Below, one piece after another: positions 9,399 through 20,250 of a stretch of 64,000 nt of DNA. How positions within the stretch are numbered: the first letter of the stretch is position 1; every line of letters begins with the position of its first letter. Source of the stretch: Candidatus Bruticola sp. (GTDB lineage Bacteria; Vulcanimicrobiota; Xenobia; Xenobiales; Xenobiaceae); contig JBJEGD010000026.1 in the NCBI GenBank assembly GCA_051874735.1, positions 32,001-96,000 of the forward strand, in the 5' to 3' direction. The position numbers and the translations under genes were made by a program. The notes under the pieces are model-generated. The model worked only from the letters and a program-made list of their open reading frames with translations, was not told where the DNA came from and made no database searches.

Positions 9399-10013
9399 TT
9401 ATTCATATCCGCAGAGTCGTCGGTATTCCCTTAAAACGTTGCGTACATAATTTTGAGTTTCTCGGTAAGGAGGTATGCCTTGATATTTTGATACTGCCCC
9501 TGGGCCGGCGTTGTAAGCTGCCAAAGTTAAAGATAATGCTTTAGGAAGGTAGGTTAAATCTTCTGTGCTACTGCATCCATATCGCAGCAAGTGACCTTTC
9601 AGAATGTAGCAGGAGCCGCGTATATTTAGATTTATATTGTAAGGATCATCTGTTTTGACCGATTTAGCTGTCTCCGGCATAAGTTGTCCTAAACCGATAG
9701 CTCCTGCGGGAGATACAGCTTTAGGGTTGAAATTAGATTCACAGGCCAGCACAGCCGTAACTAGGCGCGGATCTAAAGAATATTCATAAGCATAATGGAG
9801 TATAGCCAGTACTATTTTTTTTGTATCTTTGTCGCTTAAAGTAGAATTGTAGTAGCGGATCGTGTGATAGTAAGAATTTAAGTAAGCCTGAGATTTATAG
9901 GGCTCTTGTAGAATTATATCCTGAGCTGAAGACGGGATAGGCTGCCAAATAAAAAGCAGCATTAGTATAAAAGTGTGTAAGCTTTTGCTGCATTTTACAA
10001 TATTAGGAGCCAT
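9399..10013 (-). CDS. lytic transglycosylase (SLT domain)
   Basis: ES.FNP.AVS..GAIGLGQLMP, LAAYNAGPGAV, IPPY.ETQNYV. Confidence 0.92.
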   Translation of the reverse strand: MAPNIVKCSKSLHTFILMLLFIWQPIPSSAQDIILQEPYKSQAYLNSYYHTIRYYNSTLSDKDTKKIVLAILHYAYEYSLDPRLVTAVLACESNFNPKAVSPAGAIGLGQLMPETAKSVKTDDPYNINLNIRGSCYILKGHLLRYGCSSTEDLTYLPKALSLTLAAYNAGPGAVSKYQGIPPYRETQNYVRNVLREYRRLCGYE

Positions 10014-10048
10014 AATTATAAATTTACTCTCCTTTCCAATCAGCTAAT

Positions 10049-10085
10049 AAAAATATCCAAGGCTCGCTGAACCTTGGATATTTTT
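10049..10085 (-). terminator. terminator after sugar ABC operon
   Basis: AAAAATATCCAAGG..CCTTGGATATTTTT inverted repeat. Confidence 0.75.
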
Positions 10086-10104
10086 ATCTCTTGCAGCAGA
10101 TTGT

Positions 10105-10965
10105 TTAGCCTTTTACCGCTCCCTTAGTGAGACCTTCAACTAAGAAGCCCTGCAGCAGGAAGAAAAGTACCATAATGGGTATGGCGCCCAAAATAGAACC
10201 AGCTGTAAAGAGAGACCAGTTTGTGGAGAAGTTGCCGGAAATAAAGCTCTGCATGCCTACAGCCAAAGTATATTTACTTTCATCAAATATCACTACCGAG
10301 GGGAAAATAAAGTCGCTGTAGGGACTTATGAAATTAAATATAGCTACTACCGCTAAGATGGGGCCCATCAAAGGTAGAATAATGCTGACAAAAGTTTTAG
10401 TTGTACTAGCTCCGTCGATTAAAGCAGATTCCTCCAATTCATTAGGGAGGGAGTCGACATAACCCTTGATCATCCAAGTGTTAAAAGGAATACCTGCGCC
10501 AATGTACACTAAGGAGAGTCCCAGTAGTGAATCTAAACCGATCAAACCGCCGGTAAGATCTCCTAAATGCTGGAGCATGCTGAAGATAGCTACCATTGCC
10601 ATGGCAGCTGGAAACATTTGCAGCAAAATCATGGTCATCAGGCCGTTTTTGCGTCCGAAGAACTTGAAACGGGAGAAAGCGTATCCAGCTAGAGCTGTCA
10701 CCATAATGGCTATGATACTGGAGAGAGCCGAAACGACTACAGTATTCCAAACCCAGCGCAAAAACGGCGTTTCAGTAAGCAGACGCTTGTAATTTACGAG
10801 AGATAGCTCACTAAAACGAGGGATCAGGTTAGTGGAGATCAGTGTTGAGCTCTCTTTTAAAGAAGAAAAGAGCACCAGAATAACCGGCATGACCGTTAGA
10901 CTTACACAGATGATCAGCAGCAGATGAAGCAGTATCTTTTGGAGGGTGGTCATTTTTCTAGACAT
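10105..10965 (-). CDS. malG: maltose/maltodextrin ABC permease (MalG-like)
   Basis: AGYAFSRFKF.GR, QMFP, KGY.DSLP.ELEESA.IDGA (EAA motif). Confidence 0.85.
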   Translation of the reverse strand: MSRKMTTLQKILLHLLLIICVSLTVMPVILVLFSSLKESSTLISTNLIPRFSELSLVNYKRLLTETPFLRWVWNTVVVSALSSIIAIMVTALAGYAFSRFKFFGRKNGLMTMILLQMFPAAMAMVAIFSMLQHLGDLTGGLIGLDSLLGLSLVYIGAGIPFNTWMIKGYVDSLPNELEESALIDGASTTKTFVSIILPLMGPILAVVAIFNFISPYSDFIFPSVVIFDESKYTLAVGMQSFISGNFSTNWSLFTAGSILGAIPIMVLFFLLQGFLVEGLTKGAVKG

Positions 10966-11012
10966 AACAATTCCTCTTTGCTAGTGCGAATCAGTAACAG
11001 AGTCGGCTCTGG

Positions 11013-11966
11013 TTACTTAATATCATCGAAAGCGCCAGTCATCTTGAAGTTGACGCCGGAAAGTGTGGCTACCAAGATAAAGATGAAGATAGCGTAAGCG
11101 CAGGCTAAACCGTATTGGAATGAATTAAAAGCCAGCTTGTACGAATAAGTAATCAGGATATCGGTAGCCCCCGCGTCACTGCCCGGAACTGGAGGACCGC
11201 CGGCGGTCAGTAAGTAAATGGCAGTAAATTGGTTAAAGTTAAAGGCGAAGCTGGAAATCAATACGGGCAGTAAAGAGGAGCGCAGCAGGGGAAGAGTAAT
11301 CGACTTGAACTGCAGCCAGGGGCTAGCTCCATCCACATCGGCAGCTTCATATACGTCGGTAGGCACAGACTGTAAGGCACCCAAACATACGGTGAGTTGG
11401 AAGGGGAAGGCTAACCAAATATTCACCATAAGCACGGAAATATGAGCCCATCCCACTCTATCGAGCCAAGCGATAGGCAGTTGCAAGTCGTAGCCCATAA
11501 AGCTGAGCAGATATTTTAGCAAGTTATCCAAGCCTAAGTTTTTCAAAATAACATTGAAAGCACCAAACTCCGTATTGAGCAACCCTTGCCACATTAGAAC
11601 GGAAATAAAGGCCGGAATAGCCCAGGGCACAATAAAGAGAGTTCTATAGATGGAACTCCCCTTTAAATCGGGTTTGTTTAGCAGAACAGCTAAGAAAATG
11701 CCTACAGCCTGACTGAGCAGAACTGATCCTGCGGCCCAGATAAGAGTCCAGACGAAGACGCGCACAAAAGTAGCCGTCTCAGGGCCGCTGATGATTTTCA
11801 TGAAGTTGCGCAAACCAACAAAACTGAACTCATTGTAATGGTATAGCGAGTAGTTAGTAAAAGCTAAATATACGGAGTAAAGATTAGGCAGCAGACTCAA
11901 CACTCCAAGCAAGATCAAGGCTGGAGTGAGGTAAGCATATGGGAGTAGTCCGTTTTTATTTTTCAT
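11013..11966 (-). CDS. malF: maltose/maltodextrin ABC permease (MalF-like)
   Basis: PWAIPAFIS, YEAA.VDGA, FAFNFN.F..IYLLT.GGP, TDILI. Confidence 0.85.
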   Translation of the reverse strand: MKNKNGLLPYAYLTPALILLGVLSLLPNLYSVYLAFTNYSLYHYNEFSFVGLRNFMKIISGPETATFVRVFVWTLIWAAGSVLLSQAVGIFLAVLLNKPDLKGSSIYRTLFIVPWAIPAFISVLMWQGLLNTEFGAFNVILKNLGLDNLLKYLLSFMGYDLQLPIAWLDRVGWAHISVLMVNIWLAFPFQLTVCLGALQSVPTDVYEAADVDGASPWLQFKSITLPLLRSSLLPVLISSFAFNFNQFTAIYLLTAGGPPVPGSDAGATDILITYSYKLAFNSFQYGLACAYAIFIFILVATLSGVNFKMTGAFDDIK

Positions 11967-11996
11967 TTATATTCCCCTACAGCTTCTGGTTGGTGC

Positions 11997-13220
11997 TTAT
12001 TCAAGCATGAGATTGATCTTTTGAACTATGCGATCGTTGGCTGTTTTAAGCTCAGTAGGAATGTCTACTTGTCCTTTGCTTATAAGCTCAATGCTTTGCC
12101 TCATAGGTTCCCAAATCTGCATGGCCGCAGGGTGTGTAGGCATGGGTACGCTATTGGCACAAATATCAGCAAAGGCTATGATGTCTTTATTATCCTTACA
12201 AAGTTCAAGAGCGGATATCTTTGTCGGTGGCCGACCGGAGGTTTTGCTCATATCAGCCATATTCTCGGGAGAACTTAGGAAAGCCATCAATTTGCCGGCG
12301 TCTTGAGGCCTTTGAGAATATTTGTTAAGCATAAATCCTTGAACTCCAAGAAACGGCTTTATCAGATTACCAGAGTCAGTAACGGGGAAAGGATCTATTA
12401 CATAGTGCACACCGGAATTTCTTATCTGATCTAGGAACCAAGGACCGTTGGGTATTACAGCAGCCTTACCTTCTAAAAATAGAGTTCTGGAAATATTTTC
12501 AGTGCTACCTTGTTTGATAAGATCGTATTTTTGACTAAGATCGCGCAGAAATTCAGCTCCTTTAGCTGCTCCTGGGGTGTTGATTCCTACGTCGGTGGGA
12601 ACGTAGTTTCCTTGACTATCCTTACCTATCATGTAGGCTCCTTCAGCAAGAAGGAAAGGCATAGAGAAATAAGGCTCTTTTATTTCAAAATAGAATCCGT
12701 TGATTTTTCCAGCCGATTCTTTCTGAATCCGCTGAGCTTGAGCAACTAATTCGGCAGTAGTTTTAGGACGCTCAGGCATAAGATCTGGATTGCGGAACAT
12801 GGCCAAGCACTCCATGCACAGAGGAGCCATGTAAATTTGCTGGTTAAATCTTACAGAATCTAGAGCCACAGGGACATAATCTGATTGATTTATTACCTCA
12901 TCGGGAATGGGGGAGAGCAAACCGGCAACGGTCAACATACCAATCCAGTCTTGGGCTCCTACGACAATATCCGGACCTAAACCAGCCGGAGCGGCTACCA
13001 AAAATTTATTCTTCAGATCCCGATAGGGCACTTTGAGAAATTCAACTTTAAGGCCAGTTTGTTTTTCAAACTCTTGGCACTGACGCTTAAGGGTAGGGAA
13101 CTCAGCATCCATGCCCGACCAAATTAAGAGAGGCTTGGGGCCTGTTCCTTTTTGCATACAACCGGCCAAAAGCAGACTGGCCAGCAGAACGAAAATTGAA
13201 AAGAAGCAGAAACGACGCAT
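11997..13220 (-). CDS. malE: maltose/maltodextrin ABC substrate-binding lipoprotein
   Basis: LAGC lipobox, G.GPDI....DW.G, NGPW, PF.GVQG. Confidence 0.82.
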   Translation of the reverse strand: MRRFCFFSIFVLLASLLLAGCMQKGTGPKPLLIWSGMDAEFPTLKRQCQEFEKQTGLKVEFLKVPYRDLKNKFLVAAPAGLGPDIVVGAQDWIGMLTVAGLLSPIPDEVINQSDYVPVALDSVRFNQQIYMAPLCMECLAMFRNPDLMPERPKTTAELVAQAQRIQKESAGKINGFYFEIKEPYFSMPFLLAEGAYMIGKDSQGNYVPTDVGINTPGAAKGAEFLRDLSQKYDLIKQGSTENISRTLFLEGKAAVIPNGPWFLDQIRNSGVHYVIDPFPVTDSGNLIKPFLGVQGFMLNKYSQRPQDAGKLMAFLSSPENMADMSKTSGRPPTKISALELCKDNKDIIAFADICANSVPMPTHPAAMQIWEPMRQSIELISKGQVDIPTELKTANDRIVQKINLMLE

Positions 13221-13620
13221 GGCCCTGACTTCGTTTTTTTAGTTAGAGTTCCCCCTTTAGGGGAAACTTTGGGCATTAAAGTTAAGTACAATGCCGTTTC
13301 GGTCTGGAAAGAGTGGCAGATAAGAGATATTGAAATTGAATCAGGCCGCTCCAAAGTCGTTCTTAAAACTATTTATTTAAAAATTTCTAGCTCTTTGTTT
13401 GGTCATCTTATATTATCCTATATCAGGTAGTATGTTAGGTAAGCAGAATTTTAATTGTGAATAAAATTCTAACACAGTCCTGAAGGGAAAAAAGCCAGGC
13501 CCTAGCGAAGGAGCAGAAACGTTAAAAGGTTTCTTAGAAGGAAAAGCTTGCGGTTTCTGCAGCGGTACTGCAGATGCTGGAGGCTTTAGGCAAGTTTTTT
13601 TAACCGGCGTCCTCTCCTAA

Positions 13621-14682
<1,062 letters not shown>

Positions 14683-14699
14683 TTAATTTAGGCTAGTTT

Positions 14700-14729
14700 A
14701 GCCCGGAGCTTTTTCCGGGCTTTTCTTTT
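14700..14729 (+). terminator. hairpin/terminator after gap
   Basis: AGCCCGGA..TCCGGGCT followed by TTTCTTTT. Confidence 0.6.
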
Positions 14730-14854
14730 GTACTCGGCTGTCATGGCTTAGAAAGGGCAGAAAGGCGATTTTTTTACATCGCGTTTCTGTTGCTGCCCCC
14801 ATTTTATACTAGGCAGGGGCTCCATATATTTCAATGTAAGAAGGACATTCACCC

Positions 14855-16033
14855 ATGAGTAAATTCAATACCATTCGCGATCTCGATGTTAAAGGCAAAA
14901 AAGTTTTAGTACGCGTGGACTTCAATGTTCCTTTAGATGGTGAGACTGTAACTAACGACAATCGCATTCGCGCTGCTTTGCCTACCATTAAAGCCCTTTT
15001 GGATGGTGGAGCTGCTGTTATATTAGCTTCTCACTTGGGCCGTCCTAAGGGGAAGAAAGATCCTAAATATTCCTTGAAGCCTGTCGCTGTTCGTTTAGCT
15101 GAGCTTTTAGGACAAGAAGTTATTATGGCTCCTGACTGCATCGGTGAGGAAACTGCGGCTATGGCCAGTAAGCTCAAAGCTGGTCAGGTTATGTTGCTGG
15201 AAAATGTGCGCTTCTACGCTCAGGAAACTGATAATGATGAAGCTTTCGCTAAAGAATTAGCTTCTTTGGCTGATATTTACGTAAATGATGCTTTCGGTTC
15301 CGCCCATCGCGCTCACGCTTCCACTACTGGTGTGGCTTCCTTCTTACCTTCTGCTGCCGGCTTGCTTATGGAAAAAGAACTTAATGAGTTGGGTAAGCTT
15401 CTTACCGACGCCGAGTCTCCTTTTGTGGTAATTCTGGGCGGTGCAAAGGTCTCTGATAAGATTGGTGTCATGGAGAACTTGATAGGCAAAGCTGACGCTA
15501 TTTTAGTTGGTGGTGGTATGGCTTATCCTTTCCTCAAAGTTCGCGGTTTGGAAATTGGTCGTTCTCTCTGTGACGGCGACTTATCTGTGCCTCAGTCTAT
15601 CTTAGACAAAGTCAAGGGAACTAAGACTGAGCTCGTTCTTCCTGAAGATGTCGTAGTTGCCGATGAAATTGCTGAGAATGCTCCTCACATTCAAGTTGAT
15701 GTTACTGCTATACCTGCCGATAAGATGGGTTTAGATGTCGGCGACAAAACTATCGCCAAGTTTAAGGATATTATAAGTAAAGCTAAGACTATCTTCTGGA
15801 ATGGTCCTGTAGGCGTCTTTGAAAAGAAACCCTTCGATCGCGGTACCCGTCAGATAGCTGAAGCCGTTGCTGCTTCTGAAGCCCGCAGCGTCGTCGGTGG
15901 TGGCGATTCCGTAGCTGCTCTTACTCAAGCTGGTTTAGCTTCAAAAATTACCCATGTATCTACCGGTGGCGGTGCTTCTTTAGAATTTGTTGAGGGGCGT
16001 CAGCTTCCCGGAGTAGTCGCTCTCTGTAAGTAA
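14855..16033 (+). CDS. pgk: phosphoglycerate kinase
   Basis: RVDFNVP, SHLGRP, GGAKVSDK, STGGGASLE. Confidence 0.98.
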   Translation: MSKFNTIRDLDVKGKKVLVRVDFNVPLDGETVTNDNRIRAALPTIKALLDGGAAVILASHLGRPKGKKDPKYSLKPVAVRLAELLGQEVIMAPDCIGEETAAMASKLKAGQVMLLENVRFYAQETDNDEAFAKELASLADIYVNDAFGSAHRAHASTTGVASFLPSAAGLLMEKELNELGKLLTDAESPFVVILGGAKVSDKIGVMENLIGKADAILVGGGMAYPFLKVRGLEIGRSLCDGDLSVPQSILDKVKGTKTELVLPEDVVVADEIAENAPHIQVDVTAIPADKMGLDVGDKTIAKFKDIISKAKTIFWNGPVGVFEKKPFDRGTRQIAEAVAASEARSVVGGGDSVAALTQAGLASKITHVSTGGGASLEFVEGRQLPGVVALCK

Positions 16034-16112
16034 CTTTATTAACTTTTATTAACTCTGATAGCTTGACCGTTAGCTGCGGTCTTGCTATCATTTTTTAGAT
16101 TTTGGAGGTTTT

Positions 16113-16865
16113 ATGCGCATTCCGCTCTTAGCAGCTAACTGGAAAATGAATATGGCTCGTACCGAGGCCCACAAACTTGTGACCGAATTATTGGCCCAAG
16201 TAGGCGATGTTAAGGATCGCGATATCGCAATTTGTCCTCCTTTTCACCTTTTAGCCGATGTCGAAAAATTAGTTGAAGGACATGACAATGTCTATTTAGG
16301 TGCTCAGGATCTTTATTGGAAAGATTCCGGCGCTTATACCGGAGAGGTTTCTGCTCCTATGCTTCTAGATGTCGGCTGCCGTATGGTTATTATCGGTCAT
16401 TCTGAGCGCAGAGCTATGTTCGGTGAAACCGATGAAACTTGTTCCAAAAAAGTAGCAGCTGCTGTGGCTCACAAGTTGATTCCTATTCTTTGTGTGGGTG
16501 AGAGTTTAGTTCAGCGTGAAGATAACAAAACTGCTGAAGTTGTTACTAGCCAGCTGCGCGGTGCCCTACAAGGATTAGAAATCGAAGATGGCAATCAATT
16601 AGTAATTGCCTACGAACCTATTTGGGCTATTGGTACCGGTAAGACCGATACTCCTGAAAGCGCTAACGAGACTATGGTGTTGCTGCGCAGTACCTTAGAA
16701 GAAATTTTTAATAAAGATATTGCTGATAAGGTGCGCTTGCTTTACGGCGGCAGTGTTAAGCCTGCTAATATAGCTGGTTTCATGGCTTGCAGTGACATTG
16801 ATGGCGCTTTAGTAGGCGGAGCTAGCCTCAAAGCTGACAGTTTCGCCCAGATTGTGCGTTATTAA
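16113..16865 (+). CDS. tpiA: triosephosphate isomerase
   Basis: NWKMN, GHSERR, AYEPIWAIGTG, YGGSV, GGASL. Confidence 0.98.
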   Translation: MRIPLLAANWKMNMARTEAHKLVTELLAQVGDVKDRDIAICPPFHLLADVEKLVEGHDNVYLGAQDLYWKDSGAYTGEVSAPMLLDVGCRMVIIGHSERRAMFGETDETCSKKVAAAVAHKLIPILCVGESLVQREDNKTAEVVTSQLRGALQGLEIEDGNQLVIAYEPIWAIGTGKTDTPESANETMVLLRSTLEEIFNKDIADKVRLLYGGSVKPANIAGFMACSDIDGALVGGASLKADSFAQIVRY

Positions 16866-16896
16866 TTTTTTATTTGTGGATTAGGAATTTAGGGTA

Positions 16897-17262
16897 ATGT
16901 ATTTAGACGTCTGTTTGAGCATTTGGTCTTTCTTAGGTCAAGCTGCGGCCGGAGGAGCTGCTGCCTCTGCTCCTAATGCTGCTGCCGTTACTGCGCCTGC
17001 AGTTATGAAATTGAGTGCAATTCAGTATATTTTGATGTTCCTTTATTTGTTGGTTTGTATCTGTCTTACCGGTGTAGTTATGCAGAGGGAGCAGAAACAG
17101 GGCGGTTTGCAGGGAATGCTTGGAGGCGGCACGGCCGTAGAGCACAACAAGTATCAGGGCAAAAAGAGCTTTGAAGAGCAGTTGAAGACTGTAAGCAATT
17201 ACTTAGCTGTTGCTTTCATCGTTCTCTCAATTCTCGTCTCTTACGCTTTGCAGCACAAATAG
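16897..17262 (+). CDS. secG: preprotein translocase subunit SecG with N-terminal extension
   Basis: Two TM helices linked by a GGLQGMLGGG loop; position after tpiA. Confidence 0.8.
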   Translation: MYLDVCLSIWSFLGQAAAGGAAASAPNAAAVTAPAVMKLSAIQYILMFLYLLVCICLTGVVMQREQKQGGLQGMLGGGTAVEHNKYQGKKSFEEQLKTVSNYLAVAFIVLSILVSYALQHK

Positions 17263-17451
17263 ACGTTTCTTACTGCGAATTATTCTGAATAAGAATTTTT
17301 TAGACGCAGTTTTAGTAAGCTCCGGTTGATTACTTCACCCGGGGCTATTTGTGTTTTATTAGGTTTATGTAATTTTGAGGCGCTTCGTTAGAGTGAATTT
17401 AGTTAGCGTCTCTTTTTATATATAAAATGTGGCTTCTGTCTGTATAGGTAT

Positions 17452-17483
17452 AAAAAAAACACTCCTCAAGCTGAGGAGTGTTT
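17452..17483 (-). terminator. terminator after S8 peptidase
   Basis: AAACACTCCTCA-AGC-TGAGGAGTGTTT with an A8 tract on the + strand. Confidence 0.8.
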
Positions 17484-17536
17484 ACTTTACTATTTAGGGA
17501 AACAAACTGTAGCTTATCTCCCTATCGAGCTTGTAT

Positions 17537-18838
17537 TTACTTGCCCATTAAGAATTCGATATTCTCTTGAGGATCAATAACGCCCTTGCCCTGCTCGAAT
17601 TTGCTTACGCCTTCGAGAGCATCAGCGTTCTTCATCATGATCTCTTTAACCTGATCGGGGCTGATGTTGGGTTTTACTTGATGCATGAGCACGTCGACGC
17701 CAGCGGCAAAAGGAGTAGCCATGGAAGTACCAGACATACTTACATAGCCGGTGCCCCTATGAGAAGCAGCGGTAATGTTTACACCGGGGGCCAAAATGTC
17801 GGGCTTCTCGAGCTTATCGATACGGCTGGGACCACGGCTGGAGAAGTAAGCCAACTGGTCGTCGGAGCGATCAACAGTACCTCTGTCGTCGAGAGCGCCT
17901 ACGGTAATGGCATGAGGGGCGTTGCCGGGGGAGCCGATGGTACCGGAACTGGGACCTTCGTTACCAGCAGCTACTACACAGCTAATACCAGCAGCGTGAG
18001 CAGCTTCAACAGCTTGTACTACGGGGTCATCTTTGTAGCTCTGGGAAACATAACCGCCCAAAGACATACTGATAACATCGATGTTTAACTTCTCTTTGTT
18101 TTCAACGGCCCATTGTACGCCTTTGATAACGTTGGAAAGAGAACCTGAACCATTGCGATCCAAAACTTTCACGCCGACAATGCTGGCTTCAGGAGCAACA
18201 CCAGTGTATTTTCCTTCGGAGCTCTTGCCGCTACCCGCGCAGATACCGGTGCAGTGAGTGCCGTGACCCTGATCATCGTAGGGCTCAGTGCGACCGTTGA
18301 CCATATCTTTGAAACCAACAATACGACCTTCAAAGTCGGGGTGTTGAGCTATACCGGTGTCGATAACGCATACAGTTACGCCTTTACCGGTGATGCCTTG
18401 GTCGTGAAGTTTATCTACGCCTAAAGTTACGTTGGCTGTATCCATTAAGGGACGGAAAGTATTTTCGAGATCTTCCAGCTCGTTGCGGGGAATGCCAATC
18501 TGGGCATCCATGAATACTCGGTTACCTTCTTCGTTGGCCTTAGCTAAGTTAGGGAGAAGAGTACCATCAGCGGAAGGATTGACGGTCACGGCGAAGCCAT
18601 TGACCAAAGGAAGATCTGCAGTCACTTTATTCTCGGGATTCTGGGCGAGAATAGAAGCGCGCATTTCTTCGAGCTTAGCTTTATCACTGTTGGTGATAAT
18701 TAAGTTTACAGGGCCGTTGTTGGAAGAAGCAATAAAGGTCTCTTCGGGCTGCTTCTCAGCGGGAGCCTGGGCGGGAGCGGACTTCGCACCAGTGTAAATC
18801 TGCGAAGTAGGAGCGCTCATAGTTGGACGAATTTCCAT
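17537..18838 (-). CDS. subtilisin-family (S8) serine protease, AprX-like
   Basis: Triad VIDTG / GHGTH / SGTSMA, AAGN oxyanion motif, I9-like prodomain; AAGGAG RBS before MEIRPT. Confidence 0.92.
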   Translation of the reverse strand: MEIRPTMSAPTSQIYTGAKSAPAQAPAEKQPEETFIASSNNGPVNLIITNSDKAKLEEMRASILAQNPENKVTADLPLVNGFAVTVNPSADGTLLPNLAKANEEGNRVFMDAQIGIPRNELEDLENTFRPLMDTANVTLGVDKLHDQGITGKGVTVCVIDTGIAQHPDFEGRIVGFKDMVNGRTEPYDDQGHGTHCTGICAGSGKSSEGKYTGVAPEASIVGVKVLDRNGSGSLSNVIKGVQWAVENKEKLNIDVISMSLGGYVSQSYKDDPVVQAVEAAHAAGISCVVAAGNEGPSSGTIGSPGNAPHAITVGALDDRGTVDRSDDQLAYFSSRGPSRIDKLEKPDILAPGVNITAASHRGTGYVSMSGTSMATPFAAGVDVLMHQVKPNISPDQVKEIMMKNADALEGVSKFEQGKGVIDPQENIEFLMGK

Positions 18839-19256
18839 TAGTAAAACTCCTTTCAATGGAGGGAGAACTAATGAGATTATTTCTCAATAGCATTTCATAC
18901 AAAACAACTTCGTTATTATATTACCATTATATCACTAAGCAATGTTATTTAAAATGTGAACATTAAGACAATAAAGTTCTAATTGTGTATGCAATTTATA
19001 TTGTTCTGCATTATTTTATTTGATAAGTGTGCTGATGAGCTATCTTAATGAAGTGTATAGTTGATAATAAAATACAATTCGCTTTAATACTGTTTTTAAG
19101 TTTTTGATTGAGCAGATGAAGCTATTGCGCATTTGTATAAATTATTAACTTGCGAGGGCTAATTAAATGCTTGTCAGCTGCTTATTATCTAGTTCGTAAA
19201 AAACTGCGGCGTAAGTTGTTTTTTTAGTCTTTTTTCATTGTGATAAGCTAAGCTGA

Positions 19257-20132
19257 ATGGGGAAGGAAAGCAAGCTGCGGTTGTACAATGCTCAGCGAAT
19301 TATGGACAACGTTTCTACTACAGGATCTAACAATGAGCGGCTTCTTTCTGTTACGGAGTTTGCCGCCGCAATAGGTAAGACTGAGCGTCAAGTTTACCGT
19401 TACGTCAGTCAGGGTAGGATTGTTCCTCAGGAAGGAGGGGGCCGAGGCGGCATACGCATTCCTGAGAGTGAAGTAGCTACTTTTTTGGCTAATAATAATA
19501 ACAATAGTGCTTCTGGTTCCTGGGGACGTATTCGCAACAGACGCAGCCGTGAAGATAACTTTGAGAGCAGTTTGGAAAATGTCTCTTTGTCTGCTAGTGA
19601 CGCTGAACAGGCTATCGGTCGCAATGCAGATGAAGAAGGTAAGGTAAAAAGCTTTACTCAAAAAGATGGTACTGTTGGTACAGGCAGAACTGATGCTTCT
19701 GGCGAGGGAGCCTCTCCCGTATCCTTTGAATATGTTGATTCTTCAGATGATTTGGAGGAACAACTGGCCGATGATAGTGATGATACAGATGAAGTTGTGT
19801 CGGATTCGGGGGCTACTTTCCCTACTAGTGTACCTCTAGAACGTCATGAAGCGGCTGTAATGCGTTTGGGCTACATGCAGAGTCAGTTGGAGCAAGTGCA
19901 GCGTTTACTTACTGATGGTACACAGAAAGACAAAGAAAAAGATGAAAAGCTTCAGACGATGATGAAAGATCTCGATGAAGCTCAAAGAGAAATTTTGCGC
20001 TTAGGGGCCAAAATAGAAGCGGCTAACGAGAATCGTAAGGAAGCTGAAATGAGAGCTAATCATTTGGCTGTAAAGTTAGAAGCTGCTGAGCGTTTGGCTA
20101 ATCTTCCTTGGTGGAAGCGTATATTCTTGTAA
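19257..20132 (+). CDS. helix-turn-helix (excisionase/MerR-like) coiled-coil protein
   Basis: LSVTEFAAAIGKTERQVYRYVSQGRI HTH, acidic linker, coiled coil, C-terminal LPWWKRIFL. Confidence 0.75.
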   Translation: MGKESKLRLYNAQRIMDNVSTTGSNNERLLSVTEFAAAIGKTERQVYRYVSQGRIVPQEGGGRGGIRIPESEVATFLANNNNNSASGSWGRIRNRRSREDNFESSLENVSLSASDAEQAIGRNADEEGKVKSFTQKDGTVGTGRTDASGEGASPVSFEYVDSSDDLEEQLADDSDDTDEVVSDSGATFPTSVPLERHEAAVMRLGYMQSQLEQVQRLLTDGTQKDKEKDEKLQTMMKDLDEAQREILRLGAKIEAANENRKEAEMRANHLAVKLEAAERLANLPWWKRIFL

Positions 20133-20250
20133 TATTTTTGGTGTTTTTTAACTAATAAAAGGGCATACCTGCTTTTAGTCTAATAACGGCAAGGGGGAGG
20201 AATTTTATTAGCAGTTTAGGTCATATTTTAAAGGAGATAATGTTATCATT

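Noticed and set aside
13456-13474. Rex/CRP box upstream of gap
   Set aside because: Only the TTGTGAA half-site matches; the second half and spacing do not.
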